From the NCBI GenBank assembly GCA_024690505.1, contig JAILPA010000026.1, forward strand, positions 8,036 to 72,035: a DNA stretch of 64,000 nucleotides, written 5' to 3'. The position numbers and the translations under genes are program-made. This document shows, piece after piece, positions 27,811 to 38,112 of the stretch; within the stretch, counting starts at the first letter, position 1, and every line of letters begins with the position of its first letter. This DNA comes from Prevotella sp. (GTDB lineage Bacteria; Bacteroidota; Bacteroidia; Bacteroidales; Bacteroidaceae). The notes under the pieces were generated by a model. That model ran no database searches. It was not told where the DNA came from and saw only the letters and a program-made list of their open reading frames with translations.

Positions 27811-28866
27811 ATGATTCTCGACGAGTTCTTAAGCGACTGGTATAGCGACAGCCTCACGCTGCTGGTTCATACCAGTGGCTCCACGGGTGCCCCGAAACCC
27901 CTGCTCGTGGAGAAGCTCCGCATGGAGGCTTCGGCTCGTCTTACATGCGATTTCCTTGGGCTGAAACGTGGTGACACGGCATTGCTTTGTATGCCACTCG
28001 ACTTCATTGCTGGCAAAATGATGGTTGTACGGGCTCTCACCTGTGGTCTGCGCCTTTTCTGTGTGGAGCCGACGGGACATCCTTTGAGGAAATCAAACTC
28101 TTGTGTCTACCAATTGAAGACGGCCGTTCCGTCTGGACTTTCATGCGTAGCTAAGGCCTCTCCCTTGGATATGCAGGAAGTGCCTTTGCACCTCTCTTTC
28201 GCTGCTATGGTACCCCTTCAGGTCTACAACTCCCTGCAGATGCCTCAGGAGCGCGAACGGCTTGCACGCATCCGTCATCTCATTATTGGAGGCGGTGCCA
28301 TCGACGATGCCCTAACAGCCGAGCTGGCAGCCTTCCCCAATCAGATATGGAGCACCTACGGCATGACCGAGACGCTGTCGCATGTGGCTCTGCGCCGACT
28401 GAACGGCCCCGATGCCAGCCCATGGTACACGCCGCTGCAGGGAGTCAAGGTGAGCCAGACAGATGATGGCTGTCTGGTGATTGATGCGCCGATGGTGTGC
28501 CATCGGCGCCTTGTCACACGCGATGTTGCCGATGTACGTGCCGACGGTCGTTTCCGTATCCTCGGACGCAAGGACAATGTGGTGTGTACGGGCGGGCTTA
28601 AGATTCAGATGGAAGAAGTCGAGCGCCTGCTGCAACCGCATCTGAACGTGCCGTTCTGCATCAGCTACCGTCCCGATGCCAAATATGGCCAGGCTATGGT
28701 GCTGCTGGCCGAGGGTGGCAATGAAGATGAGCTTATGCAGCTCTGCCGTCGCCATCTACCCACATACTGGCAGCCCCGTCACGTCTTGATAGTTCCTCGT
28801 ATTCCCCTCACTCCCACAGGAAAAGTGGCCCGAGCCGAGGCAAAGTTGCTGGCGGCGCAGGGCTGA
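27811..28866 (+). CDS. menE: o-succinylbenzoate--CoA ligase
   Basis: HTSGSTGAPK AMP-binding motif, YGMTETLSH, GRKDN; follows menB-menC. Confidence 0.88.
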   Translation: MILDEFLSDWYSDSLTLLVHTSGSTGAPKPLLVEKLRMEASARLTCDFLGLKRGDTALLCMPLDFIAGKMMVVRALTCGLRLFCVEPTGHPLRKSNSCVYQLKTAVPSGLSCVAKASPLDMQEVPLHLSFAAMVPLQVYNSLQMPQERERLARIRHLIIGGGAIDDALTAELAAFPNQIWSTYGMTETLSHVALRRLNGPDASPWYTPLQGVKVSQTDDGCLVIDAPMVCHRRLVTRDVADVRADGRFRILGRKDNVVCTGGLKIQMEEVERLLQPHLNVPFCISYRPDAKYGQAMVLLAEGGNEDELMQLCRRHLPTYWQPRHVLIVPRIPLTPTGKVARAEAKLLAAQG

Positions 28867-28885
28867 CTTCACAGTGTCATTGGCA

Positions 28886-29019
28886 AAGCGTAACTTTGTT
28901 GTTGGAGAAGGACAGCTTTGTCGTAGGAGAAGGACAACTTCTCGATGGGAAAAGGACAACTTTGTCGTAGGAAAAGGACAGCTTCTTGATGGGAGAAGGA
29001 CAGCTTTGCTGGAAAAAGG
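28886..29019. repeat. 22-bp-period array of AAGGACARCTT units
   Basis: AAGGACA at 28908, 28930, 28952, 28974 and 28996; degenerate unit at 28886. Confidence 0.92.
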
Positions 29020-29164
29020 CTGACTGCGGTCGTTATCCTGAGTCATGCTATTGCCCGCGTTTATGAATTTTTAGGGCTAAATATTTGCTCATTTCGGATA
29101 AAAAGTGTAATTTCGCGCCCGTCATAGAAAAAATATCATCTTAATAAATAAACAATCAAAAATT

Positions 29165-30232
29165 ATGAAGAAGTACAACTTCAATGCAGGCCCCTCGATG
29201 CTTCCCCGTGAGGTTATTGAGAAGACGGCCCAACAGTGTTTAGACTTCAATGGCTCGGGTCTCTCTCTGATGGAGATCAGCCACCGTGCAAAGGACTTCC
29301 AGCCCGTCGTCGATGAGGCTGTGGCTTTGGTCAAGGAACTGCTCAGCGTGCCTGAGGGCTACTCAGTGATTTTCCTCGGTGGTGGCGCATCGCTCGAGTT
29401 CTGCATGATTCCTTATAACTTCCTCATTAAGAAAGCTGCTTACCTGAACACCGGCGTGTGGGCCAAGAAGGCCATGAAGGAGGCTAAGCTGTTTGGCGAA
29501 GTGGTAGAGGTGGCCAGCTCTGCTGATGCTAACTACACGTTCATTCCCAAGAACTGGACGGTGCCTGCCGACTGCGATTACCTGCACATCACCACTAACA
29601 ACACCATCTATGGCACAGAGATTCGCAAGGAACTCGATGTCAATGTGCCCCTGATTGCTGATATGTCGAGTGACTTTATGAGCCGTCCCGTAGATGTCAG
29701 TAAGTACGACGCCATCTATGCTGGTGCCCAGAAGAACCTGTCGATGGCCGGCGTTACCATCATCATCCTGAAGGACGAGAAGCTGGGACGTGCTCCGCGC
29801 GAGATTCCCACCATGCTCGACTACCGCACACACGTCGACAAGGGCTCGATGTTCAACACTCCTCCCGTGGTGCCCATCTATTGCGCTCTGGAAAACCTGC
29901 GTTGGATCAAGGCTCAGGGTGGCCTGGAGGCTATGGACAAGCTGGCCAAGCAGCGTGCCGAAATTGTTTACGGCGAAATTGACCGCAACAAGATGTTCGT
30001 TGGTACAGCCAAGGAAGAGGATCGCTCGCTGATGAACCTCTGCTTCGTCATGGCCGATGAGTACAAGGAGCTGGAGAAGGACTTCCTCGACTTCGCCGTA
30101 TCGAAGGGCATGGTCGGTGTGAAGGGTCACCGTTCGGTAGGTGGCTTCCGTGCCAGTTGCTATAACGCCCAGACCATCGAAGGCTGCAATGCACTCGTGG
30201 CCTGCATGAAGGAGTTTGAGGCTAATCACTAA
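29165..30232 (+). CDS. serC: Phosphoserine aminotransferase
   Basis: [46 protein letters not shown]. Confidence 0.97.
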   Translation: MKKYNFNAGPSMLPREVIEKTAQQCLDFNGSGLSLMEISHRAKDFQPVVDEAVALVKELLSVPEGYSVIFLGGGASLEFCMIPYNFLIKKAAYLNTGVWAKKAMKEAKLFGEVVEVASSADANYTFIPKNWTVPADCDYLHITTNNTIYGTEIRKELDVNVPLIADMSSDFMSRPVDVSKYDAIYAGAQKNLSMAGVTIIILKDEKLGRAPREIPTMLDYRTHVDKGSMFNTPPVVPIYCALENLRWIKAQGGLEAMDKLAKQRAEIVYGEIDRNKMFVGTAKEEDRSLMNLCFVMADEYKELEKDFLDFAVSKGMVGVKGHRSVGGFRASCYNAQTIEGCNALVACMKEFEANH

Positions 30233-30249
30233 ATGAAGGAGGCACAAGC

Positions 30250-31167
30250 ATGAAAGTATTAGTAGCAACAGAGAAGCCGTTCGCCGCTGCCGCTGTGAAT
30301 GGTATTAAGGCAGAAGTTGAAGCAGCTGGCAACGAGCTGGCCTTGCTTGAGAAATATACCGAGAAGGCTCAGCTGCTGGAAGCCGTGAAGGACGCCGATG
30401 CACTGATTATCCGTTCGGACAAAGTCGATGCCGAAGTGCTTGACGCTGCCAAGCAACTGAAGATTGTGGTGCGTGCAGGTGCTGGCTACGACAACATCGA
30501 TCTCGCAGCTGCCACTGCCCACAACGTCGTCGCTGAGAACACACCTGGCCAGAACGCCAACGCCGTGGCTGAGCTGGTGTTCGGTCTGCTGGTCATGGCA
30601 GTACGCGGATTCTATAATGGTAAGAGTGGCAGCGAGCTCCTGGGTAAGAAACTGGGTATTCTCGCCTTCGGCAACGTAGGCCGCAATGTGGCTCGCATCG
30701 CCAAGGGCTTTGGCATGGAGGTCTATGCCTTCGACGCCTACTGTCCTGCTGCTGTCATCGAGGCTGCCGGCGTCCATGCCGTAGCCAATCAGGATGCACT
30801 GTTCGAGACTTGCGATGTCGTCTCGCTTCATATCCCCGCTACGCCTGAGACCAAGCAGAGCATCAACTACGCATTGGTAGGCAAAATGAAGAAAGGCGGC
30901 ATTCTGGTGAACACCGCCCGCAAGGAAGTCATCGACGAGGCTGGGCTGCTGAAGCTGATGGCCGAGCGCGAAGACCTGAAGTTCGTCACCGACATTATGC
31001 CCGATGCCAACGACGACTTCAAGAAGTTCGATGGCCGCTACTTCTCTACACCGAAGAAGATGGGCGCACAGACTGCTGAGGCCAACATCAATGCTGGCAT
31101 TGCTGCCGCTAAGCAGATCAATGCCTTCTTTAAGGACGGCGACACAAAGTTCCAGGTGAACAAGTAG
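30250..31167 (+). CDS. serA: D-3-phosphoglycerate dehydrogenase (short SerA-like D-2-hydroxyacid dehydrogenase)
   Basis: VRAGAGYDNID, NTPGQNANAVAE, FGNVG, LHIP, NTAR; downstream of serC. Confidence 0.85.
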   Translation: MKVLVATEKPFAAAAVNGIKAEVEAAGNELALLEKYTEKAQLLEAVKDADALIIRSDKVDAEVLDAAKQLKIVVRAGAGYDNIDLAAATAHNVVAENTPGQNANAVAELVFGLLVMAVRGFYNGKSGSELLGKKLGILAFGNVGRNVARIAKGFGMEVYAFDAYCPAAVIEAAGVHAVANQDALFETCDVVSLHIPATPETKQSINYALVGKMKKGGILVNTARKEVIDEAGLLKLMAEREDLKFVTDIMPDANDDFKKFDGRYFSTPKKMGAQTAEANINAGIAAAKQINAFFKDGDTKFQVNK

Positions 31168-31201
31168 TCTATTCACCGCAGATTTATCTGCTAAGAATAA
31201 G

Positions 31202-31240
31202 AACGCCCCGCATGTCAGTCATGTCGGGGCGTTTTTATTT
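31202..31240 (+). terminator. Intrinsic terminator of serC-serA
   Basis: AACGCCCCG...CGGGGCGTT followed by TTTATTT. Confidence 0.8.
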
Positions 31241-31360
31241 GTCTTGGAAATCAGGTTCGATAAGAAGCTACTACTTGAACTGTTAGAATGTGAGGAACTG
31301 CTTCTTGAAAGTCGTTGAATCCTCGCTTGTCGCGGGTGATTATCACGTCGGGACGATAGG

Positions 31361-31469
31361 GAAGTGCTTTACCATAAGTCCCATTGCGAGGCGCTTTCCG
31401 CATATTGGAATTATCCAAACATTCTGCCCGCCCAATCAAACTGTTGCAATGTTTAGCGGACAGCAATAT
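31361..31469 (+). mobile_element. Copy C (right-end fragment) of the MITE-like element
   Basis: CCCATTGCGAGGCGCTTTC...CCCAATCAA.CTGTTGCAATGTTTAGCGGACAGCAATA; the end is the exact reverse complement of the copy B left end TATTGCTGTCCGCTAAA. Confidence 0.7.
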
Positions 31470-31477
31470 TGCTCCTC

Positions 31478-32677
31478 TTATAGGTTGAGTTTCTTGCGGA
31501 TGTTCTTGGGGATGGCGTTCTTGTTGATAAGGAAGTCCATGGTGTTGGCAGCGACAAAGGCCTTCGTCATGTACCATGTGCCTTTGTAATCGCCGGTCTC
31601 ACCCCACGAGTTCTTCACCATGTAGTACTCCTTGCCGTTCTGGTCTTTGGCCACGCCGTAGATCAACATGCCATGGTCATCGGTGAGTTCCCAGTTGTCG
31701 AAGCGCTCCTGGCGCATCTCCTGAGTGGGCACCACCTCAGGCACATTGCAGCCCAGCGAGTCGATGACGCTCTTGCGCTTGGTGGCTGTAAGCTTCAGCC
31801 AGCGAGCCATGTCGCTACCAGCCAGGCTTTTGGCAGCCTCGCCATCGATGGCGTAGGCCAGGCCTTGACGTGTGAAGCCCTCCTCGCTCACGTCGCCGCC
31901 CCATGCCACGGTGTAGCCCTGGGCAATGGCGTTGTCGATGACCTGCATCATCTCGTCCATCGGCAGGTTATAGGACTGGGGGAAGCGCCAGTTGTCCTGC
32001 ACCTCTACTGCGAAGGTGGTGTAGAAGGGGTGATGGGTGTAGCTGGTGATGTTGACATAGTCGTCGAGATTGATGCCCAGGCTTTGGGCAAACGTCTTCG
32101 GTGTGTACTTCTTGCCTTCGTAGGTGAACTCGTCGGGGCAGACTCCCAGATAGGCATCGAGTATGCCTTGCAGTCCCACCTTCCACTGGTTGGAAATCTT
32201 CTTGGCAGAGCTCTTGGCGACGGCAGCCACGTAAGGTTCGAGTAGTGAGAAGAACTCGTTGAAGTTGTTCAGCGAGTCGCCGTAGAGAGAACCTGGGAAT
32301 GGCATGGCGTCCTCAGGACAGATGCCGTGGGTCTTCAGCGTGGCCAGCACGTCCTCGGCCGAGCCGCCTTGGGCAAACTGGCAGTCGCCGTGGTAGCGCA
32401 CCACCTGTATGGCACGCTCCATGTAGGTCTTGTTCTCAACGAAACTCTCGCAGAGGTCGTAGGTCTTGCCCGTGGCTTTCAGTATCTCGGCTTCAAAGAA
32501 CGACAGTGTGGAATAGTTCCAGCAGGTGCCGCTGCGGTTTTGATCTTTCACGCTGGTGATGGGAATCTCCTTCACTGTGGTGAACACGGGTTTGTTGTCG
32601 GTCTTCTTCTCGGCTTCCTGGGCCTGCAAGCTAAGGGTCAGCGCAGCCAGGAACAATAGGGTGGTGATCTTTTTCAT
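31478..32677 (-). CDS. C1B family cysteine aminopeptidase (PepC/bleomycin hydrolase-like)
   Basis: VKDQNRSGTCW, TDDHGM, VKNSWG; signal peptide. Confidence 0.92.
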   Translation of the reverse strand: MKKITTLLFLAALTLSLQAQEAEKKTDNKPVFTTVKEIPITSVKDQNRSGTCWNYSTLSFFEAEILKATGKTYDLCESFVENKTYMERAIQVVRYHGDCQFAQGGSAEDVLATLKTHGICPEDAMPFPGSLYGDSLNNFNEFFSLLEPYVAAVAKSSAKKISNQWKVGLQGILDAYLGVCPDEFTYEGKKYTPKTFAQSLGINLDDYVNITSYTHHPFYTTFAVEVQDNWRFPQSYNLPMDEMMQVIDNAIAQGYTVAWGGDVSEEGFTRQGLAYAIDGEAAKSLAGSDMARWLKLTATKRKSVIDSLGCNVPEVVPTQEMRQERFDNWELTDDHGMLIYGVAKDQNGKEYYMVKNSWGETGDYKGTWYMTKAFVAANTMDFLINKNAIPKNIRKKLNL

Positions 32678-32881
32678 GTCGTTAAGTTTGGTTATTGTTT
32701 TTGTTGCGTTTGTGTCATAAAGACTGCAAAATTACAAAATGTTTGTCTAACGGGCGACAAAAAGTTGTGAAAAATACAAAAAGGACAAGGAAATGGTGCG
32801 TAATGAGTGTGATATTCCGAGAAAAAACGTAACTTTGCACCGTAAATTTGGAAAAATGTCCATTCTGTGATGAAGATACTG

Positions 32882-32965
32882 ACCCCACCCCCTCCCCCCC
32901 AAGGGAGGCAAGACGGGCAGCTGGGATTCTGAGCTAATGAGTTAATGAGGAATGAGAAATGCGAA
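32882..32965 (+). repeat. 5'-UTR composite repeat (CCTCC/GGAGG hairpin + AGACGGGC..GGGATTCTGAG + AATGAG heptamers), copy before ribD
   Basis: Matches 44262-44333 by eye. Confidence 0.7.
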
Positions 32966-33904
32966 ATGACGATTGACGAGAAATACATGCGGCGCTGCCT
33001 GCAACTGGCCCGTAACGGGCGGCAGAATGCCAAGCCTAACCCGATGGTGGGGGCAGTGATAACGGTTGCCGATGCTGATGACTCGCTTTATTCTGCGAGA
33101 ATCATTGGAGAGGGATACCATGTGCGTTGCGGCGAGGGTCATGCCGAGGTGAATGCCTTTGCATCTGTCAGGCCTGAAGACGAGCTGCTGCTTAGGGAAG
33201 CCACGATGTACGTGTCGCTGGAACCGTGCTCGCACTATGGTAAGACCCCTCCGTGTGCCGACCTTATCGTGAAGAAAGGTGTGCGCCGTGTGGTCGTGGG
33301 CTGCATTGACGAGTTTGCCGAGGTACAGGGTAGGGGTATCAGGAAGTTGCAGGATGCTGGCATTGACGTGACAGTAGGCGTGCTCGAGAATGAGTGCCGG
33401 GAGATGAACCGCCGTTTCTTCACATTCCATCGCCTTCACCGTCCTTACATCATCCTAAAATGGGCGCAGACAGCCAACGGGTTTATTGACGACGACGGCC
33501 ATGCATTGGCCATTTCCACGCCCTTCACCCAGATGCTCAGCCACAAGCTACGGGCCGAGGAGGATGCCATCCTGGTGGGTCGTGTGACCAATGAGCGTGA
33601 GCATCCGGAGTTGAATGTGCGCCATTGGGTGGGGAACAGCCCGAAGCGACTGGTGATTGACCGTCAGCATCCGCTGAACATGGAGAGCCTCTATGCCCAC
33701 AACATTCAGTCGCTCATAGTGGAAGGAGGAGGGCTGACGCTGCAGTCGTTCCTCAGCCTGGGGCTGTGGGATGAGATAAGGGTGGAGACCAATACGTGCC
33801 TGATGGTCAACGACGGTACGCGAGCTCCACAGTTACCAGCAGAAGGGCGTGTGGTCAGCACTGAACAGTACGACCGCAACATCATCGTCAGAATTCTACG
33901 ATGA
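32966..33904 (+). CDS. ribD: Riboflavin biosynthesis deaminase/reductase RibD
   Basis: PNPMVGAVI, HAEVNA, SLEPCSHYGKTPPC, LKWAQT, VEGG. Confidence 0.95.
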   Translation: MTIDEKYMRRCLQLARNGRQNAKPNPMVGAVITVADADDSLYSARIIGEGYHVRCGEGHAEVNAFASVRPEDELLLREATMYVSLEPCSHYGKTPPCADLIVKKGVRRVVVGCIDEFAEVQGRGIRKLQDAGIDVTVGVLENECREMNRRFFTFHRLHRPYIILKWAQTANGFIDDDGHALAISTPFTQMLSHKLRAEEDAILVGRVTNEREHPELNVRHWVGNSPKRLVIDRQHPLNMESLYAHNIQSLIVEGGGLTLQSFLSLGLWDEIRVETNTCLMVNDGTRAPQLPAEGRVVSTEQYDRNIIVRILR

Positions 33905-36308
33905 GCTTGCCGTTGATTTGGCGTCCTGTCAGGTAGTTGGGTACGGCCCACTGGCGCGATGTGACGTCGGTGACCCAATAGTAGGAATTTACATTCGATA
34001 TTCCGAAGAGATTCAGGCAGTCCAGTCCCAGCCATACTTTCTTGAAAGCACTCTTGACACCTTGGACCTTGTGGTCGAAGGCCAGGTAGCTCATGCCGAT
34101 GTCAGCCCGCTTATATGCTGGGGCGCGGAAGTTCTGTGCTTCAATGCCACGGTGGGGTGCGCCGAAGGGCAGACCATCTGCATAGGCCAGGCGCAGGGTC
34201 ATTTTCCACCGCTTGGTGCCGGGGAAGTAGTCGGTGAAGTGCAGGTTCAGGGCGTAGCGCTGGTCGGTGGGCAGTGGCACCCACTGTCCGTGGTATTTCT
34301 GTTGTGTTCGCATGAGCGAGAACGACAGCCATGAATCGGTGCCGGGGACGAACTCTCCGAAGAGTTTCATGTCGAGTCCCACGGCATATCCGTTGCAGAG
34401 GTTCTCGCCATAGTAGGTCACCTTTACGTTCTGCACATTGTAGGGGATGATGTTCGACAGCAGCTTGTAGTATGCCTCTGCCGTGAACTTGAAGGGTCGT
34501 TCGCCCAGCATCTTGAAGCGGTAGTCGACAGCCGCAAGGAACTGTATGGACTGCTGGCTCTTGATGTTGCGGTTCAGGGTGACGGCCGTCACGCCGGTTG
34601 TGGTAAGCATGGTGTCGCGCAGCTCTTTGTAGAACGGGGCCTGATAGTAGAGCCCAGTTGCAAAGCGATAGGTGAGGTCGTAGTTCGAGGCAGGCACGAT
34701 GGCCAGCGACACGCGTGGCGACAGGATTGTCTCGCGGTTGTAGGACCAGTTGGCGAAACGCAGGCCGTAGGTCAGTGTGTAGAACGTGTGGCGTGGTGCC
34801 ACTGAGTCTGCATCGTCGCCCGTGTTACGCGACGACCACTTCAGCACGTCCTGCACATAGCCCTCTATGCGGTTCGACTTCATGTTCTGCTTCGAGGCCA
34901 GCGTGTAGATGAGATCCAGGCGGTCGGGTCTGTGGGGCACTGAGTAGCCGCTCGAGTCGCGCATTTCGTACTCCCGGCTCTGTTCCTTGATGTGTTCCCA
35001 CTTGTACGTCAGTCCTGCCTCGATGTCGTGGTGCTTCAGACGGCGGTTTATCATCAGTTTCAGACTCTGAACATTGGCCGTCAGGTAGTTGCGGGCATGT
35101 TCAGCATAGGTACCAACGCCCAGCTGCTCTGCGCTCTGTGTGTCGTTGAGCCAGTACTGTCCCTGAATGTCATAGCGCTCCTGCTCCTTGGTGTGGAAGG
35201 CGCTCCACAGCAGTTTCACGTGTGTGGAGTCGCCCAGGTGCCTGGTGAGTGAAGCGGTGCCGAAGAGTGTGCGGAAGATGTCCTTTTCCTGTCCGTCGAA
35301 GTAGACTCTGAACGATTTCACGTCCTCCATGGTGCCAAACGAGGTCTCGCGGTCCTTTGGCTTGAAGTTGTAGTGGTTCTCCGATATGTTTCCCAGCACC
35401 TCCAGCGTCCATCGGCGGTTAGGCTCGTAGGTGATGAATGTCTGGTAGTCGAGTTGGTTGGGGCGGTATTCGCCTGTAGTCTCCAGCGAGCCGAGCAGAT
35501 AGCGGTTGGTCTTGTAACGCAGGCCATGGCTCATGGAGAATTTCTTTGACGATGTGCCCACGTAGGCGGAGCCTCCGAGGAGGCTGGCGGTGGCTGTGGC
35601 CTCGAACTTCTCTGGGCGGCGGTAAGTGATATCGAGGGCACTCGACATCTTGTCGCCGTATTTTGCCGAGAATCCGCCTGTTGAGAAGCCTACGCGCTCC
35701 ACCATGTCGGGATTGATGACCGAGAGCCCTTCCTGCTGTCCGCTGCGTATGAGCAGTGGCCTATATACCTCCACATTATTTATATATACTGAGTTCTCGT
35801 CGAAGGAGCCGCCTCGTACGTTGTATTGCGATGACAGCTCATTGTGTGTGCTCACGCCGGCCTGCTGCTGTATCAGTTCCTCAACAGCATTGCCCGATGC
35901 TGATGGCGAGCTCTTCATCTCGCTCACGTCGAGTTGCTCCATCTGGTCGGTTTGTCGCCGTTTCTCCGTCACCACCACCTCGGCTATCTCTTGGTCAGCC
36001 CGCAGCAGTATGCGCAGTGTCTGTGTGCCCTGGGGCTTGTAGAGCGTTTTGGTGCGTCCACGGTAGCCAATCATCGAGAAGCGAATCACCACCGAGTCGG
36101 CCGTCAGCATGGTCATGTGGTATTCGCCTTTCAAGTTGGTAAACACTATTTTCTGTTGCTCCACACAGCTCACGGTGGCCAGCTCCAGCGGATTTCCCTC
36201 GTCGTCGGTCACTATGCCTTTCAGCGTGAAGGTCTGTGAAAAAGCAGAAAGGCTTGCCGCGAGTGTTACGGCAAGCATCAGGATATATCGCGTTACTGAT
36301 TGTTTCAT
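33888..36308 (-). CDS. TonB-dependent receptor-like outer membrane protein with carboxypeptidase-regulatory-like N-domain
   Basis: Signal peptide MKQSV, NELSSQYNVRGGSFDEN plug motif, GGFSAKYGDKMSSALDI, terminal Phe. Confidence 0.85.
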   Translation of the reverse strand: MKQSVTRYILMLAVTLAASLSAFSQTFTLKGIVTDDEGNPLELATVSCVEQQKIVFTNLKGEYHMTMLTADSVVIRFSMIGYRGRTKTLYKPQGTQTLRILLRADQEIAEVVVTEKRRQTDQMEQLDVSEMKSSPSASGNAVEELIQQQAGVSTHNELSSQYNVRGGSFDENSVYINNVEVYRPLLIRSGQQEGLSVINPDMVERVGFSTGGFSAKYGDKMSSALDITYRRPEKFEATATASLLGGSAYVGTSSKKFSMSHGLRYKTNRYLLGSLETTGEYRPNQLDYQTFITYEPNRRWTLEVLGNISENHYNFKPKDRETSFGTMEDVKSFRVYFDGQEKDIFRTLFGTASLTRHLGDSTHVKLLWSAFHTKEQERYDIQGQYWLNDTQSAEQLGVGTYAEHARNYLTANVQSLKLMINRRLKHHDIEAGLTYKWEHIKEQSREYEMRDSSGYSVPHRPDRLDLIYTLASKQNMKSNRIEGYVQDVLKWSSRNTGDDADSVAPRHTFYTLTYGLRFANWSYNRETILSPRVSLAIVPASNYDLTYRFATGLYYQAPFYKELRDTMLTTTGVTAVTLNRNIKSQQSIQFLAAVDYRFKMLGERPFKFTAEAYYKLLSNIIPYNVQNVKVTYYGENLCNGYAVGLDMKLFGEFVPGTDSWLSFSLMRTQQKYHGQWVPLPTDQRYALNLHFTDYFPGTKRWKMTLRLAYADGLPFGAPHRGIEAQNFRAPAYKRADIGMSYLAFDHKVQGVKSAFKKVWLGLDCLNLFGISNVNSYYWVTDVTSRQWAVPNYLTGRQINGKLIVEF

Positions 36309-36370
36309 CAGATATAATAACGTTGAATTTGGCATTTTATTATATCTGCCTCCCATGTTAATGTGTGAAT

Positions 36371-37382
36371 CTACTCACGATAGACCCACGACAGCAGTGA
36401 GTTGGCCCATTTGATGGAGCATCGGAACCAGCGATAGGTGCTGACGGGCTTGCCGCCGAAGCGCAGTATGAACTCGCGGAAGGAGTTCTTGCGGAAGGGC
36501 AGTCCTACGTCCATGAAGAATATGTGCTCGTAGCCCCGTCTGTGGCAATCCTTGATGGCGTGCCAGATGGTGAGCACGTCGGGATGTACGAAGACATAGG
36601 ATTTACGTCGATAGGCGGCATACCACAGATAAGCCTGCCTCTGACTGTAGACCACTGCCGAGCATCCCACCACATGACCTTTGTAGCGAGTGAGGAACAG
36701 TCGGGCATTGTCGGTCTGCTTCCATAGCTTTATAAAGAATTCATCGGCAGGTATGTATCGTTTGGGCTTCAGCCAGTTATGGTGTCTGAGCAGCTTTATG
36801 AATTCCTGAAAGTCGGCATCGCTTTGCACTTCGTCGGTCACTACGCCTCGCTGATAGGCGGCGTCGATACGTTGTTTCATCCTTTCCGAGATTCGCTCTT
36901 CGGGTGTTCTCGAATGGAGCGAGTTGTGGATGCTCATCCAGCGCACGGGGAAGTAGCGATTGTTGCGGAACTCCTTGTAGCCGAACATCTTCTGGCTGAG
37001 GTGGCTCACCTCGACGTAGAGCATACGTGGCCCCAGCTTGGCGGTGAGTGTCTTCAGCATCATGCCAAACTGTGCCGTGCGCTCCTTGGCAGTGCTGTTG
37101 TCGGTGGCAGTGGCATCGATGGCATAGACGCCTTCACCCAGCATACGGCAGTGCTGGTAGTAGTATGGTGGGAACCACGACGAGCGATAGCGCACTATGG
37201 CCAGCAGCTTAGCCACCACCTCCCCCTCGGGTGTTTCGAGCGTCACCATGTAGGGTTTATGGCGTGGCGTCTGGGCGTAGAGGGTAAACAGCTGCTGGCT
37301 GTGGAAATAGTTGGTTTCCATCAGTGTCGCAGGCAGCGTGTCGCCGCTGGTGTAGACGTGCGGGGTTAGTAGTACACTCATC
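36371..37382 (-). CDS. GNAT-family (FemAB-like) acyltransferase domain protein
   Basis: ORF 36371..37390, probable start MSVLL; AYLWYAAY, HPDVLTIW, FMDVG..REFILRFGG C-terminal pattern. Confidence 0.7.
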
Positions 37383-37470
37383 TTGGGCACAAAAATACTA
37401 AATCTTTCTTAATTTACGAATTTTTTTCAAGTAATTTATTAACTTTGCATGTTATTTATACATAAATGCT

Positions 37471-37998
37471 ATGACCAACTTCAAAGATTTGGCGCAACTG
37501 CGCCGTTCCCATCGTAAGTTCACTTCCGACGAGATAGACGCCGACGACGTGAAACTCATCCTGCGTGCCGCCCTGATGGCCCCCACGTCAAAAGGCCAGC
37601 GAGCCTGGCAGTTTGTGGTGGTCGACGACAAGAGCGACCTTGAAAAACTCTCCGATGCTAAGGACATGGGCGGTCTGTTCCTTAAGGATGCCCCCCTGGC
37701 CGTTGTCGTGCTAGGCGACCCTTTGCAGAACGATTGCTGGGTCGAGGATGGCTCGATAGCAGCCATCTCCATGCAGTATCAGGCTGAAGAGCTGGGGCTG
37801 GGCTCCTGCTGGGTGCAGATGCGAGGGCGCGGCCTGAGCGACGGCACCACGGCCGACACCGTCATTCGCGGCATCCTCGACATTCCCGAGAACCTCAGTG
37901 TGCTCTGCATCATTGCCATTGGACACAAGGCCGACGAGCGGAAACCGCAGAACGAAGACCGTCTGAAGTGGGAGAATGTACACCTGAACAAATTCTGA
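37471..37998 (+). CDS. Nitroreductase family protein
   Basis: RRSHRKF, APTS, GLGSCW. Confidence 0.92.
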   Translation: MTNFKDLAQLRRSHRKFTSDEIDADDVKLILRAALMAPTSKGQRAWQFVVVDDKSDLEKLSDAKDMGGLFLKDAPLAVVVLGDPLQNDCWVEDGSIAAISMQYQAEELGLGSCWVQMRGRGLSDGTTADTVIRGILDIPENLSVLCIIAIGHKADERKPQNEDRLKWENVHLNKF

Positions 37999-38078
37999 AT
38001 GACAGTTTTGCTATAAAGAAGGACAGCTTCTTGCCCCGAGAAGGACAGCTTTGCGGTGGAAGAAGGACAGCTTCTTGA
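37998..38078. repeat. 22-bp-period array of AAGGACAGCTT units
   Basis: Units at 38019, 38041 and 38063; degenerate unit at 37998. Confidence 0.88.
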
Positions 38079-38112
38079 CGATAGCATTACAAGAAAGAAT
38101 AGAAGAAGACCG

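Noticed and set aside
32840-32965. FMN riboswitch upstream of ribD
   Set aside because: It lacks the AGGGCGGGGTGAAATTCCCGACCGGCGG core and is explained by the composite repeat.
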